A DNA stretch of 64,000 nt. Origin: an uncultured Gammaproteobacteria bacterium. Lineage in GTDB: Bacteria; Pseudomonadota; Gammaproteobacteria; CAWCPV01. The notes below the pieces were generated by a model. It saw only the letters and a program-made list of their open reading frames with translations, ran no database searches and was not told the DNA's origin. The stretch is taken from the NCBI GenBank assembly GCA_963797555.1, contig CAWCPV010000009.1, positions 293,049 through 357,048 of the forward strand. The letters run 5' to 3'. A program made the translations under genes and the position numbers. Positions 13,643 to 24,272 of this stretch are shown one piece after another. Numbering within the stretch: the stretch's first letter is position 1; every line of letters starts with the position of its first letter.

Positions 13643-15918
13643 GTGCCCGTTCGGTTGGGGGTAGTGATCCGGGCAGCCGTGTTTCTGGGAATCGGAGCGT
13701 TGCTCGCCGCCTGCGCCCATGCTCCCGAGACTCCGGCTGTCGAGGGAGTGTCGCGGCCTACCGGCGCAGCCGTGGGTGCGCTGCCGCCTAAGGGCGGCGC
13801 GGGCGCCACGGCGGGAATGACATTGCCTTCGGAGAAGGCGGCCCGGAAGACGGAGAAGCCGCGCGTTTATCAAGGCAGCGGCGTGTTCGTCAAGGCGCCT
13901 GCCCAAGGAGGCCGGTGCGCCCCCCGGGCCAGGCGAAGTCACGCTGAACTTCGAGAATGCCGATCTCAGGGAGGTCGTGAAGGTCATCCTGGGAGACATG
14001 CTGAATCAGAACTATGTCCTCGATCCGCGAGTGAAGGGAGCAGTCACCGTCCAGACGAGCCAGCCCCTCGCCCGCGATGACCTGCTGCCCACCTTGGACA
14101 CCTTGCTGCGCATGAACGGAGCAGCGCTGGTGCGCAGCGGCACCGGCTACCAGGTGGTTCCTTTGGCGGGCGCGTTGCAGGGAACGGTGACCCCGCAGCT
14201 TGCCTTGACGCCCCTGCGGCCCGGATATGGCGTGGTCGTGGTGCCTCTGAAGTACGTCGGGGTGGACGAGATGCAGAAACTGCTGGAGCCGTTCGCACCG
14301 GCCGGGAGCATCGTGCGGGCGGACGAGATGCGCAACCTTCTGGTGCTGGCCGGGACCCGGCAGGAGCTGACGCACTTGGTCGAGACCATCGGGGTCTTCG
14401 ATGTCGACTCGCTGGCGGGGATGTCGGTAGGACTGTTCCCGCTCAAGAGCGTGGAGGCCAAGACCGTCTCCGAGGAGATCGACAAGCTGCTGGGTGCTAA
14501 GGGCGCCGCACCGCTCGCCGGGATGGTGCGGGTGATGCCCATCGAGCGTCTGAATGCGCTGCTCGTGGTGACGCAGCAGCCCAAGTATCTGGATGAGGTC
14601 CGCACCTGGATCGAGCGGCTGGACCGCACCAGCGAGGAGGCGGGCAAGCAGCTTTACGTCTATCAAGTGCAGAATGCCAAGGCCGAGCACCTTGCGGAGG
14701 TCTTGGGCGACCTGTTTGGGGGGCAGAAGGCGAAGCCCGCCGCACCGCGGCCGCCCCAGGTCGCCCCCGGTCTGACGGGGGCGCAGCTCAGCTCCGGGTC
14801 GGCATATATGGAGATGGCGGAACAAGCGACGACGGGGACTCTGGGGACCACCGGGACCATGGGGACCACCGGGACCTTAGGGAGTACGCAGGGGCCTTCC
14901 TTTGGGGCTAGCCGTGGCGGCCAGGCGGGAAAGGGGGGCGGGGCAGGGGGGGTGACGGCGACACAGGCCGGCGAGGTCAGCATCATCGCCGATGCGGAAA
15001 ACAACTCCCTGCTGATCCTGGCGACTGCGGCCGAATACGAAAAGATCGAGGCGGCGCTGCGCAAGCTGGACATCGTGCCGCGCCAGGTGCTGGTGGAGGC
15101 GACCATCGCCGAAGTCACGCTGAGCGGGGACCTGCAGTACGGCTTGCAATGGTTCTTCGACAATAACGTGGGGGCCTACAAGGGTACCGGGGCGCTCGAT
15201 GTCACCAACGGCCTGAAGTTAGCCGACGTGCTGAAGGGTGCGGGCTCAGGCTTCACCTATGCGCTGACCGATGCCAGCGGGTTCGTCAGGCTGTTCCTGA
15301 AAATGCTCGCCGATGAGTCGAGGATCAAGGTACTGTCTTCCCCCCAGCTCATGGTCACCGACAACCAGACCGCCCAGATACGCGTGGGTGACCAGGTGCC
15401 CGTGAACACCGGGGAAACCACTGGCACTGCCGGGACCACCACGAGTTTCCAGTACCGAGACACCGGCGTGCTGCTCCAAGTCACCCCACGGGTCAACGCG
15501 GGCGGGCTGGTCAGCATGGAGGTCAGTCAGGAGGTGAGCATTCCCGGCCCCTCGAGTGGTAACGCCGGGGGGAACCCCACCATCTCGCAACGCAGCATTC
15601 AGAGCAGCGTGGTCGTGCAGAGCGGCGACACCCTGGTGCTGGGCGGCCTCATCCGGGACGAGAACACCACGCTGAAGCAACGGGGTGCCGGGGCTCTACA
15701 AAATGCCGATCATCGGCCCGGTGTTCGGTACCACCATCCATAACAAGATCCGGACCGAGCTGGTCGTGCTCATCACCCCGCGGGTAGTGCGGGACCAGCG
15801 GGAGGCCCAGGAGGTCACCGAAGAGATCAAGCGCAAGCTCCAGGAAGTGATTCCTCCCTCGCAGGAGCACCCCTGGAAGGTCCGAGACGCGGCGGCGAAC
15901 CACTCCGGGGCGAGCTGA
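13643..15918 (+). CDS. gspD: T2SS secretin GspD (lipoprotein type), apparent frameshifts near 13903 and 15678
   Basis: LAAC lipobox, VTLNFENADL, RQVLVEATIAEV, YRDTGVLLQVTP, TELVVLITPRVV across three frames. Confidence 0.9.
14834..14888 (+). repeat. Imperfect 18-bp tandem repeat inside gspD encoding GTLGTTGTMGTTGTLGST
   Basis: gggactctggggaccacc / gggaccatggggaccacc / gggaccttagggagtacg. Confidence 0.7.
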
Positions 15919-16027
15919 CGCGCGAGCGGGCGAAACCTTGTCCGCCCGGCCGTGGTCTCATCCACGGACCACTCGCCGCGTCCGAGCGGTAGCCCGGTCT
16001 GATCACGCTGTGCGCCCAGCGTTCTGA

Positions 16028-16243
16028 GAGCTTGTGAATAAATCTGCTGCGCGTCCCGGTAGCGGCGTTGTGCGGTGTTCATGGCGTACCTCCTGTACGC
16101 CACCCCTTCGGGGCGTCCCGCGGACGTGCCGAATGGCTGTCCTGCCATTCGGTCGCTCCTCGCCTATCTACTGGATATGTCTCGTCGCTGCGCTCCGTAT
16201 GCCTTGCTCTCGGGCCGCTCGCGACGGATTTCTTCACAAGCTC
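16028..16243 (+). mobile_element. MITE copy 1 (142-bp core plus 74-bp nested insert)
   Basis: TIRs GAGCTTGTGAATAAATC / GATTTCTTCACAAGCTC, flanked by direct TGA; near-identical to inverted copy at 53195-53336. Confidence 0.85.
16081..16154. repeat. 74-bp four-hairpin element inserted in MITE
   Basis: Absent from copy 2; stems TGGCGTAC/GTACGCCA, CCCC/GGGG, CGTCC/GGACG, CCGAATGGC/GCCATTCGG. Confidence 0.75.
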
Positions 16244-16279
16244 TGAGTCGACCCGTGCGCAAGCTCGGTCACTGATCCC

Positions 16280-18421
16280 ATGTTAACGCCCGCTGCATCC
16301 GTCACTCCCGCTCGGCCTTTCACGGCTGAGGAAATGGAGGAGCGCTTGGAGGTGTTCCTCGACGCGGTGCTCTCTTCGCGGCGCACCGCGGCAGGACCGG
16401 CCGGGAAGCTGGCCCGCTTCGACCGCCCCCGCCAAGAGCTTGTGCTGAAGTGGGTCGAGATCGTCGGCCGCAGCAACGCCGAGGTTGCTTACCAGTTCGC
16501 CGATCACGTCGCTCATGCCTTCTCCTCGATGAACGAGCAGGCCATCGAGGCATGGGTGGTCCACGCCATGGATGTTTACGACACTCAGGGCTTGCACCCG
16601 GCCGTGGCCGTGCTGCGTGACGCGGAGATCTTCGCCCAGCGGGTGCAGCAGCAGGCCCGCGGGCTCGCCTTCGGGGAAATTGCCGGCGTCCTCTCGCTGT
16701 TCTTGCGCGGACTGAGCGGTCGGGAGCTGAAGCTGGATGCCTCGGACGAGGTCTACACGGACACCGAGACCGTGTTTCTGCCGCCGCTCCTGTGCCGCTT
16801 CGCGGAGCGCGAGGAGAATTTCGCCCTGTACCGCGCCATGGCCGTCCACCTCTGGGCGCAGACCTGGTTCGGGACGTTCCGCCCCGGAATCATCGAGGGT
16901 CTGTCGGCGTTCAGCGACCCAGAGCGGGCGGCGCGCCTGTTCCACGCTCTGGAGACCATGCGCCTCGATGCCTGCCTGGAGCGGGAGCTGCCCGGCGTAC
17001 ACCGCGGCATGGCCCGACTGCGGGCGAGCCTCAGCGAGCCGGCCGTCCCCCCGGGCCTCGAGCGGTTCGAGCCCCGACTGCGGGAGCCTTCCGCCACAGC
17101 GCAGATCAGCCTGGAGATGGTGGCGGACGCCTACCGCATCGCGCTGCCCCCCTCCTTGTCCTACCAGGGGCGGCTGTTGCCGGACCGGGTTGCCGCCGCC
17201 CTGAGAGCGCGCGCGGAACGCGACCAGGGGCTCTTCCAGTCCGCGCTGGCGCGCCTCGCCGCGGAGAAGGACGGCAGGGTCGACCCCACGCAGCTCGCAC
17301 GGGCGGGCCGCTTCAGCGTGGAGATGCGGCCGGACGAGGAGCGGCCCGACGGCATCACCATCGATTCCCGGTTGGACGGCCGGCCGGTCGCGCCGCCGGA
17401 GGAACTCCGCTCCCTGGTGTCCTCCATACTGCAGGACTTCGGCGAGATTCCCGACGAGTATTTGGTGCCTGCCGGTGACGGTGGCTACCGGCCGGCGCGG
17501 GCGGGGAGCGAGCGTGCCGAGGACGTGTGGAAGGGTACTTACCACGAGGAGGGAGCGTTTCTATACAACGAGTGGGACTTCAAGCGCGGCCACTACCGGA
17601 AGAACTGGTGCGTGCTGCGCGAGCTGGACGTGCATCCACAGCAGGACGACTTCGTGTCGCGCACTCTCGAGAAGCATCGCGGGCTGGTCAAGCAACTGCG
17701 CAAGAGCTTCGAGGCCCTGCGCGGCGAGGACAAGATGCTGAAGCGCCAGTCCAACGGCGACGACATCGACATCGATGCCCTGGTGGAAGCTTATGCCGAC
17801 GTGAGGAGCGGCATGGAGCTTACGGACCGCCTGTTCGTGAAGCGCCACAAACTGGACCGGGACATCGCCGTGATGTTCATGGTGGACATGAGCGGCTCCA
17901 CCAAGGGCTGGATCAACGATGCGGAACGCGAGTCGCTGGTTCTGCTGTGCGAGGCCCTGGAGAACTTGGGCGACCGTTATGCCATCTACGGCTTTTCCGG
18001 CATCACGCGCAAGCGCTGCGAGCTCTACCGCATCAAGCGCTTCAAAGAGCCATACAGTGATGCGGTGAAGCACCGCATTGGGGGCATGACGCCGCAGGAT
18101 TATACCCGCATGGGAGTGGTCATCCGCCATCTGAGCCGGCTGCTGAGCGAGGTGGACGCCAAGATCCGGCTGCTCGTAACGTTATCCGACGGCAAGCCCG
18201 ACGACTACGACGGCTACCGGGGCGACTACGGCATCGAGGACACGCGCCAGGCCCTCATCGAGGCCAAGCAGCAGGGCATCCATCCCTTCTGCATCACCAT
18301 CGACAAGGAAGGTCGGGAGTACCTTCCGCACATGTACGGGGCGGTCAACTACGCCCTCGTCGACGAGGTCGGCAAGCTGCCCGTCAAGGTGGGCGACATC
18401 TACCGCCGCCTGACTCGTTGA
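16280..18421 (+). CDS. CbbO/NorD-family VWA-domain activase adaptor
   Basis: YNEWDF...Y...[51 protein letters not shown]. Confidence 0.88.
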   Translation: MLTPAASVTPARPFTAEEMEERLEVFLDAVLSSRRTAAGPAGKLARFDRPRQELVLKWVEIVGRSNAEVAYQFADHVAHAFSSMNEQAIEAWVVHAMDVYDTQGLHPAVAVLRDAEIFAQRVQQQARGLAFGEIAGVLSLFLRGLSGRELKLDASDEVYTDTETVFLPPLLCRFAEREENFALYRAMAVHLWAQTWFGTFRPGIIEGLSAFSDPERAARLFHALETMRLDACLERELPGVHRGMARLRASLSEPAVPPGLERFEPRLREPSATAQISLEMVADAYRIALPPSLSYQGRLLPDRVAAALRARAERDQGLFQSALARLAAEKDGRVDPTQLARAGRFSVEMRPDEERPDGITIDSRLDGRPVAPPEELRSLVSSILQDFGEIPDEYLVPAGDGGYRPARAGSERAEDVWKGTYHEEGAFLYNEWDFKRGHYRKNWCVLRELDVHPQQDDFVSRTLEKHRGLVKQLRKSFEALRGEDKMLKRQSNGDDIDIDALVEAYADVRSGMELTDRLFVKRHKLDRDIAVMFMVDMSGSTKGWINDAERESLVLLCEALENLGDRYAIYGFSGITRKRCELYRIKRFKEPYSDAVKHRIGGMTPQDYTRMGVVIRHLSRLLSEVDAKIRLLVTLSDGKPDDYDGYRGDYGIEDTRQALIEAKQQGIHPFCITIDKEGREYLPHMYGAVNYALVDEVGKLPVKVGDIYRRLTR

Positions 18422-18557
18422 GGGAGCCGTTCGGACTTTCCCGCCTCATCCTTTTGTTGCTGCGTCCCTCCATGCGAGAATTAGTGAATTTTTTGGAGCG
18501 GAAGGAGTGTGGCGGCGCGCACCGGGTTCGACCACGGAGGCGGGCAGCGAGGGGCTC

Positions 18558-19304
18558 ATGGCCGGACATAGCAAGTGGGCGAACATCCAGCACCGCAAGG
18601 GCGCGCAGGACGCGCGGCGCGGCAAGCTGTTCACCAAGCTGATTCGAGAGATCACGGTTGCGGCGCGCAGCGGAGGCGGGGATCCGAGCTTTAATCCGCG
18701 CCTGCGTGCCGCCATCGACAAGGCCCTCGGTGCCAACATGCCCAAGGACACCGTCGAGCGCGCGATCAAGCGAGGAGTGGGAGCTGCGGAGGGAGAGAGC
18801 TTCGAGCAGGTCCGCTATGAAGGCTATGGTCCGGGCGGGGTGGCGGTATTGGTCGACTGCCTCACGGACAATCGCCAGCGCAGCGTCTCGGATGTGCGTC
18901 ATGCGTTCACGAAGTGCGGAGGCAACCTGGGCACTTCAGGCTCCGTCGCCTATCTCTTCACGCGCACCGGAATCTTGAGCTTTGCGGCAGACAGCGACGA
19001 GGAGCGGATCATGGAGCTGGCGTTGGAGGCGGGGGCGGATGATGTGGTGACGAATCCGGACGCCTCTGTGGATGTGCTGGTGGCGCCCGAGTCCTTCGAG
19101 GAAATTAAACAGGTGCTCCTGAATGCGGGCCTCGCCCCGGAGCTGGCGGAGATCACCATGCGTTCGACGACGGACGTCGCCCTGCGCCTGGAGGATGCGC
19201 GCAGGATGGTCAAACTCCTCGACATGCTGGAGGACCTGGACGATGTCCAGAACGTTTATAGCAATGCGGATCTTTCCGAGGAGATCCTGGCTCAGATCGC
19301 GTGA
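18558..19304 (+). CDS. yebC: YebC/PmpR family protein
   Basis: [33 protein letters not shown]. Confidence 0.96.
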   Translation: MAGHSKWANIQHRKGAQDARRGKLFTKLIREITVAARSGGGDPSFNPRLRAAIDKALGANMPKDTVERAIKRGVGAAEGESFEQVRYEGYGPGGVAVLVDCLTDNRQRSVSDVRHAFTKCGGNLGTSGSVAYLFTRTGILSFAADSDEERIMELALEAGADDVVTNPDASVDVLVAPESFEEIKQVLLNAGLAPELAEITMRSTTDVALRLEDARRMVKLLDMLEDLDDVQNVYSNADLSEEILAQIA

Positions 19305-19818
19305 CGCGCATCCTGGGGATTGACCCGGGTCTCGGCTGACCGGCTACGGGGTCATCGATGTCGACGGCGAACGATTGTCGCATGTGGCGAGCGGCTGCGT
19401 GCGGGTGGTTGGTAACGGTCTCGGGGAGCGGCTGCGTACGATCTTCGAGGGCGTGGGCGAGGTCATCGAGTCCTACCGGCCTATGGAGATGGCCATCGAG
19501 CGGGTGTTCCTGTACCGCAACGTGGATTCCGCCTTGAAGCTCGGGCAGGCGCGCGGTGCGGCCATCTGTGCGACCGCGCTGCAGTCCATTCCCACCTATG
19601 AATATACGCCGTCGCAGGTGAAGGAGGCGGTGGTCGGCGGGGGACGTGCAGCCAAGACCCAGGTACAGTACATGATGCGTTTGCTGCTGCGACTGCCGCA
19701 GCCGCCCACGCCGGATGCGGCGGACGCCCTGGCGGTCGCAGTGTGCCATGCTCAGCGGCAGCGGGCCATGCGCCGGGTGCCCTCGGCGCGCCGCTGGCAA
19801 AGAGGCCGCTGGCGATGA
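19301..19818 (+). CDS. ruvC: Holliday junction resolvase, apparent 1-base deletion near 19331
   Basis: ILGIDPG then TGYGVI in shifted frame; [19 protein letters not shown]. Confidence 0.92.
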
Positions 19819-20405
19819 TCGGCCGGCTGCAGGGGCTCCTTCTCGAGAAGCGGCCGCCCCAGCTTCTGGTGGACGTTCGCGGTGTCGGGTACGAGCTGCA
19901 GGCGCCGCTCAGCACGTTCTACGTTCTGCCGCCGGAAGGCGACGAGGTTACGCTGCTCACACACCTGGTGGTGCGCGACGACGCGCATGTGCTGTACGGC
20001 TTTTCCAGCGAGGCGGAGCGGAGCCTGTTCCGCCATCTCATCCGCGTCAACGGCATCGGTGCGAGGCTCGCCATCACCATTCTCTCCGGCGTGAGCCCCG
20101 ACGCGTTCGTGCGCTGCATCCGAGAGGACGATGCCACGACCCTGACCCGGCTTCCCGGAATCGGGAAGAAGACGGCCCAGCGCCTCCTCGTGGAGATGCG
20201 CGACCGTTTGACCGGGGAGGTCTGGCAGGTCCGTGCGGTGGACGGACTTGTCGCCGCGAACGACGCCATGCAGGATGCGGTGAGCGCGTTGGTGGCACTG
20301 GGATACAAGCTCCCCGAGGCGACTCGCATGGCGCAGGCGGTGGATGGGACGAGCCTCACCAGCGACCAGATCCTCCGCTTGGCGTTGCAGAGGACGGCCC
20401 GATAG
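19815..20405 (+). CDS. ruvA: Holliday junction branch migration protein A
   Basis: MIGRLQG, GVGYE, LYGF, PGIGKKTAQRL. Confidence 0.96.
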   Translation: MIGRLQGLLLEKRPPQLLVDVRGVGYELQAPLSTFYVLPPEGDEVTLLTHLVVRDDAHVLYGFSSEAERSLFRHLIRVNGIGARLAITILSGVSPDAFVRCIREDDATTLTRLPGIGKKTAQRLLVEMRDRLTGEVWQVRAVDGLVAANDAMQDAVSALVALGYKLPEATRMAQAVDGTSLTSDQILRLALQRTAR

Positions 20406-20523
20406 CAGGAGACCCCTGCAGGGACCGCCCGATGGTGCAGGCGATGGCTGAGGGATGCGGCCGGGGCTGTGCTCGATACGCTGAAGCGATAGCGCTCGAC
20501 TCTGCCCGTCACTCTGAGACATC

Positions 20524-21573
20524 ATGAACGACCGCCTGGTGAGCCCTCAGGGTGCGGCACCCGAGGAAGCGCAGGAGCGCGCGTTACGCCCGCAGCGCCT
20601 GGCGGATTATGTGGGTCAAGCCGCCGTCAGGGAGCAGATGGCGATCTTCATCGACGCCGCACGCCGACGCGGCGAGGCCTTGGACCACCTGCTGATCTTC
20701 GGCCCCCCAGGGCTGGGCAAGACCACGCTCGCGCACATCGTCGCCCGCGAGATGGGCGTGAGCCTGAAGCACACGTCGGGACCGGTTCTGGAGCGGCCAG
20801 GGGATTTGGCGGCCCTGCTCACCAATCTGGAACCGCGGGACGTACTGTTCGTGGACGAGATCCATCGGCTGAGTCCGGTGGTCGAGGAGATCCTTTATCC
20901 GGCCCTCGAGGACTACCAGCTCGATATCCTGATCGGCGAAGGGCCGGCCGCACGCTCCATCAGGCTGGACCTCCCGCCCTTCACGCTGGTCGGCGCCACG
21001 ACCCGCGCGGGCCTGCTGACCTCGCCTCTGCGCGACCGCTTCGGAATCGTCCAGCGCTTGGAGTTCTACTCGCCCGAGGAGCTTTCCGTGATCGTCCAGC
21101 GCTCGGCGCGTCTTCTGGGGGTGAACATCGATGGCAGCGGCGCTGCCGAGCTGGCAGGCCGTTCCCGGGGCACCCCCCGCATCGCCAACCGGCTGTTGCG
21201 CCGAGCGCGGGACTACGCGGAGGTCCGGGCCTCGGGCAGCATCACCGCGGAGGTGGCCCGGCAGGCCTTGGAGCTGCTGGACGTGGATGCAGAAGGCTTC
21301 GACCTCATGGACCGCAAGCTCCTGCGCACCATCATCGAGAGGTTCGACGGCGGCCCGGTGGGGCTGGACAGCCTCGCCGCAGCGGTCGGCGAGGAGCGGG
21401 ATACCATCGAGGAGGTGCTGGAGCCGTTCCTCATCCAGCAGGGTTTCCTGCAGCGCACCCCGCGCGGGCGGATGGCAACCCCGCGTGCGTACCTGCACTT
21501 CGGTCTCGGCCCCGCGGCTCGCTCCGTCGGCGCGAGCGTCCCGGACCTGTTCTCGGGGGACGGCGGGAAGTGA
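20524..21573 (+). CDS. ruvB: Holliday junction helicase B
   Basis: [35 protein letters not shown]. Confidence 0.97.
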   Translation: MNDRLVSPQGAAPEEAQERALRPQRLADYVGQAAVREQMAIFIDAARRRGEALDHLLIFGPPGLGKTTLAHIVAREMGVSLKHTSGPVLERPGDLAALLTNLEPRDVLFVDEIHRLSPVVEEILYPALEDYQLDILIGEGPAARSIRLDLPPFTLVGATTRAGLLTSPLRDRFGIVQRLEFYSPEELSVIVQRSARLLGVNIDGSGAAELAGRSRGTPRIANRLLRRARDYAEVRASGSITAEVARQALELLDVDAEGFDLMDRKLLRTIIERFDGGPVGLDSLAAAVGEERDTIEEVLEPFLIQQGFLQRTPRGRMATPRAYLHFGLGPAARSVGASVPDLFSGDGGK

Positions 21574-21983
21574 CCGTCGGGGGCTTCGTGTGGCCGGTGC
21601 GCATCTATTACGAGGACACCGACGCCGGCGGCGTGGCTTACCATGCGAATTTCCTCAAGTTCATGGAGCGTGCCCGCACGGAATGGCTGCGCAGCGTGGG
21701 TTTCGAGCAGGACGCGCTGTTGGCGGCCGGCCTCCTCTTCGTGGTGCGCTCGGTCTCATTGGAGTTCGTGCGTCCCGGGCGCGTCAACCAGGCACTGGAG
21801 GTGAGCGCCGTGCCGTCGCGGCGCGGTCACGCCAGTCTGACCTTCGAGCAGCAGGTGAGGTTGGCGGGAGGAGGCGAGGCTCTGTGTACCGCGCGGGTGA
21901 AGATCGCCTGCGTGGATGCCGCCACGTTCCGGCCTCGGCCCATCCCTGCCGAGCTTCGTGCGGAGATCCATCGTGAGCTCTGA
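21570..21983 (+). CDS. ybgC: Tol-Pal associated acyl-CoA thioesterase
   Basis: [28 protein letters not shown]. Confidence 0.95.
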   Translation: MTVGGFVWPVRIYYEDTDAGGVAYHANFLKFMERARTEWLRSVGFEQDALLAAGLLFVVRSVSLEFVRPGRVNQALEVSAVPSRRGHASLTFEQQVRLAGGGEALCTARVKIACVDAATFRPRPIPAELRAEIHREL

Positions 21984-22647
21984 GCTGTCCTTGTGGCATC
22001 TGGTCGTGCACGCCAGCCTCATCGTTCAGATGATTCTGGTTTTTCTGTTGGGCGTATCCCTGATGTCATGGACGCTCATATTCCGCAAGTCGGCGCTGCT
22101 CAAGCGCGTTCGGCGGGTGGCGGACGACTTCGAGGAGCGCTTCTGGTCCGGAGCCGAGCTGAGTGCGATCTTCAACCAAGTTTCCCGCCGGCGCAGCGTC
22201 GGGGGAATGGAGCAGATCTTTCAGGCAGGGTTCCGTGAGTTCGCCCGGCTCCGCCAGAAGACCGCCATCGACGCCAGGGCGGTGGTGGAGGGTGCCCAGC
22301 GCGCCATGCGCGTGGCGCTGGCCAGAGAGATCGACGGGTTGGAGACGCACCTCACCTTCCTCGCCACGGTCGGCTCGACGAGTCCTTACATCGGCCTGTT
22401 CGGTACCGTGTGGGGCATCATGAATGCCTTTCGCGCCCTGGGGGCCGTGGAGCAGGCGAGCCTGTCCATGGTGGCCCCGGGAATCGTCGAGGCGCTCATC
22501 GCCACGGCGATGGGGCTGTTTGCCGCCATTCCCGCGGTGATCGCCTACAACCGATACTCCAGCGAGGCGGAACGGATGATCAACCGCTACGACACTTTCG
22601 TAGAGGAGTTCTCCACCATCCTGCAGCGCCAGGCCCACGCCGACTAG
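21973..22647 (+). CDS. tolQ: TolQ
   Basis: FLATVGSTSPYIGLFGTVWGIM, EALIATAMGLFAAIPA. Confidence 0.96.
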   Translation: MSSELSLWHLVVHASLIVQMILVFLLGVSLMSWTLIFRKSALLKRVRRVADDFEERFWSGAELSAIFNQVSRRRSVGGMEQIFQAGFREFARLRQKTAIDARAVVEGAQRAMRVALAREIDGLETHLTFLATVGSTSPYIGLFGTVWGIMNAFRALGAVEQASLSMVAPGIVEALIATAMGLFAAIPAVIAYNRYSSEAERMINRYDTFVEEFSTILQRQAHAD

Positions 22648-22649
22648 CA

Positions 22650-23087
22650 ATGGCACGATACCGCCGTCGCCGCCGGCCGATGGCCGAGATCAACGTCGTC
22701 CCTTACATCGACGTGATGCTGGTGCTGTTGATCATCTTCATGATCACCACGCCCCTCATCAAGGAAGGGGTGAAGGTGAACCTCCCGCAGGCAGCGGCGC
22801 GCCCACTCCCGGAAGATGCGGCTCAGCCGGTCGTGGTGACGGTGGATTCACGGGGCGGGTATTTTGTGCGCGTCGGGATACAGCCGGACGAGGCGGTCGA
22901 CACCGACACCCTCATGGCCCGCGTGGCCGCGGTGCTGCTGCGCGAGCCGACCACCCCGGTCCTGGTGAGGGGGGACAAGACGGTCCCCTACGGCGCCGTG
23001 ATCCAGGCCATGACCCTCCTGCAGCAGGCCGGTGTGCCCAGTGTCGGCCTGATGACCGAAAATCCGCCTCAGCCGCGCACTCCATGA
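22650..23087 (+). CDS. tolR: TolR
   Basis: AEINVVPYIDVMLVLLIIFM, VRGDKTVPYG. Confidence 0.96.
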   Translation: MARYRRRRRPMAEINVVPYIDVMLVLLIIFMITTPLIKEGVKVNLPQAAARPLPEDAAQPVVVTVDSRGGYFVRVGIQPDEAVDTDTLMARVAAVLLREPTTPVLVRGDKTVPYGAVIQAMTLLQQAGVPSVGLMTENPPQPRTP

Positions 23088-24271
23088 TCTTGGCCCGGAT
23101 CCGCGAGTGGTTCCTGAACCTCCGCTCGGCGGTGCTCTCCGTCGCCGTCCATCTGCTGCTGCTGGCGGCGCTGGTGGTCAGTCTGCGGTGGGGTGTGACG
23201 CCCAGGCCCGCAACGAACGCGGACACGCCCGTCGTCAAGGCGGTCGTGGTGGATCAGCGGCGGGTACAAGAGGAGCTGGCGAAGCTGCAACAGGATGAGG
23301 CACGCAAGCGCCAGGAAGAGGAGGATCGCCAGAAGCGCCTCGAGGAGCAGGCGCAACAGGCCCAACGCGCCGTGGAGGAGCAGCAGCAGAAGCTGGCCGA
23401 AGTGGAGGCCCGCCGCAAGGAGGAGGCGGAGCGGCTGGCGGCAGAGGGGGCGGCGGAGCAGGAGCGGCTGGAAAAGCTGAAGCTGGAGCAGGAGGCGCAA
23501 GCCAAGCACGTGGCCCAACTGCAGAAGGAGAAGGCGGCGGAGGCTGCGCGTCTGGCGAAGCTGCAGGCGGAGAAGCAGGCCATGGAGCGTCAGCGTGCCC
23601 AGGAAGAGAAGCGCCTCGAAGCGGTCCGGGCGCAACGGGAGCAGGAGGCGGAGCAGCGCCGCCAGGCCCAAGAAGCGGAGAAGCGCAAGGCCGCCGCGGA
23701 GGCAAAGCAAAAAGCGGCCGAGATTGCCAAGCGCAAGGCGGCCGAGGCGGCGAAGCTAAAGGCGGCCGAGGCGGTGAAGCGTAAGGCGGCCGAGGAGGTG
23801 AAGCGTAAGGCGGCGGAAGAGGCGAAGCGCGAGGCTGCGCAGGCCGCGAAGCGCCAGGCGGCGCAAGAGGCGAAGGCCAAGGCGGAAGCCGAGGCGAAGG
23901 AGGCGCGCCGCCAAGCGGAGCAGGCGCTGGCGCAGCAGCTCGATACGGAGCAAGAGCAGTTGGCCGGACAGAGGGCGAGACAGTCCCAGCGGCTGCTCAG
24001 CGAGTACAATAGTCGCATTCGGTCGTCCGTCCAACGCAACTGGCTGCAGCCCCTCGGGCAGTCCCAGGGACTGTCCTGCAGGCTGCGAGTGCGGCTGCAG
24101 CGGGGCGGCAAGGTGACTGACGTGCAGATCGAGAAGGGCAGCGGCAACAGCGCCTTCGACCGCTCTGCCGTTGCTGCGGTGTGGAAGTCGTCGCCCTTGC
24201 CGGTTCCGTCCGATCCGGCGTCTTTCGACTCCTTCAAGGAGTTCAACTTCAAGTTCGAGCCTCAGGAGTGA
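23084..24271 (+). CDS. tolA: TolA
   Basis: TM with SVAVH, long K/A/E helical region, C-terminal SGNSAFDRSA. Confidence 0.93.
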   Translation: MILARIREWFLNLRSAVLSVAVHLLLLAALVVSLRWGVTPRPATNADTPVVKAVVVDQRRVQEELAKLQQDEARKRQEEEDRQKRLEEQAQQAQRAVEEQQQKLAEVEARRKEEAERLAAEGAAEQERLEKLKLEQEAQAKHVAQLQKEKAAEAARLAKLQAEKQAMERQRAQEEKRLEAVRAQREQEAEQRRQAQEAEKRKAAAEAKQKAAEIAKRKAAEAAKLKAAEAVKRKAAEEVKRKAAEEAKREAAQAAKRQAAQEAKAKAEAEAKEARRQAEQALAQQLDTEQEQLAGQRARQSQRLLSEYNSRIRSSVQRNWLQPLGQSQGLSCRLRVRLQRGGKVTDVQIEKGSGNSAFDRSAVAAVWKSSPLPVPSDPASFDSFKEFNFKFEPQE

Positions 24272-24272
24272 G

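Noticed and set aside
23680-23900. 24-bp tandem repeats in tolA
   Set aside because: Ordinary KRKAAEEA-type helical repeats of TolA domain II.
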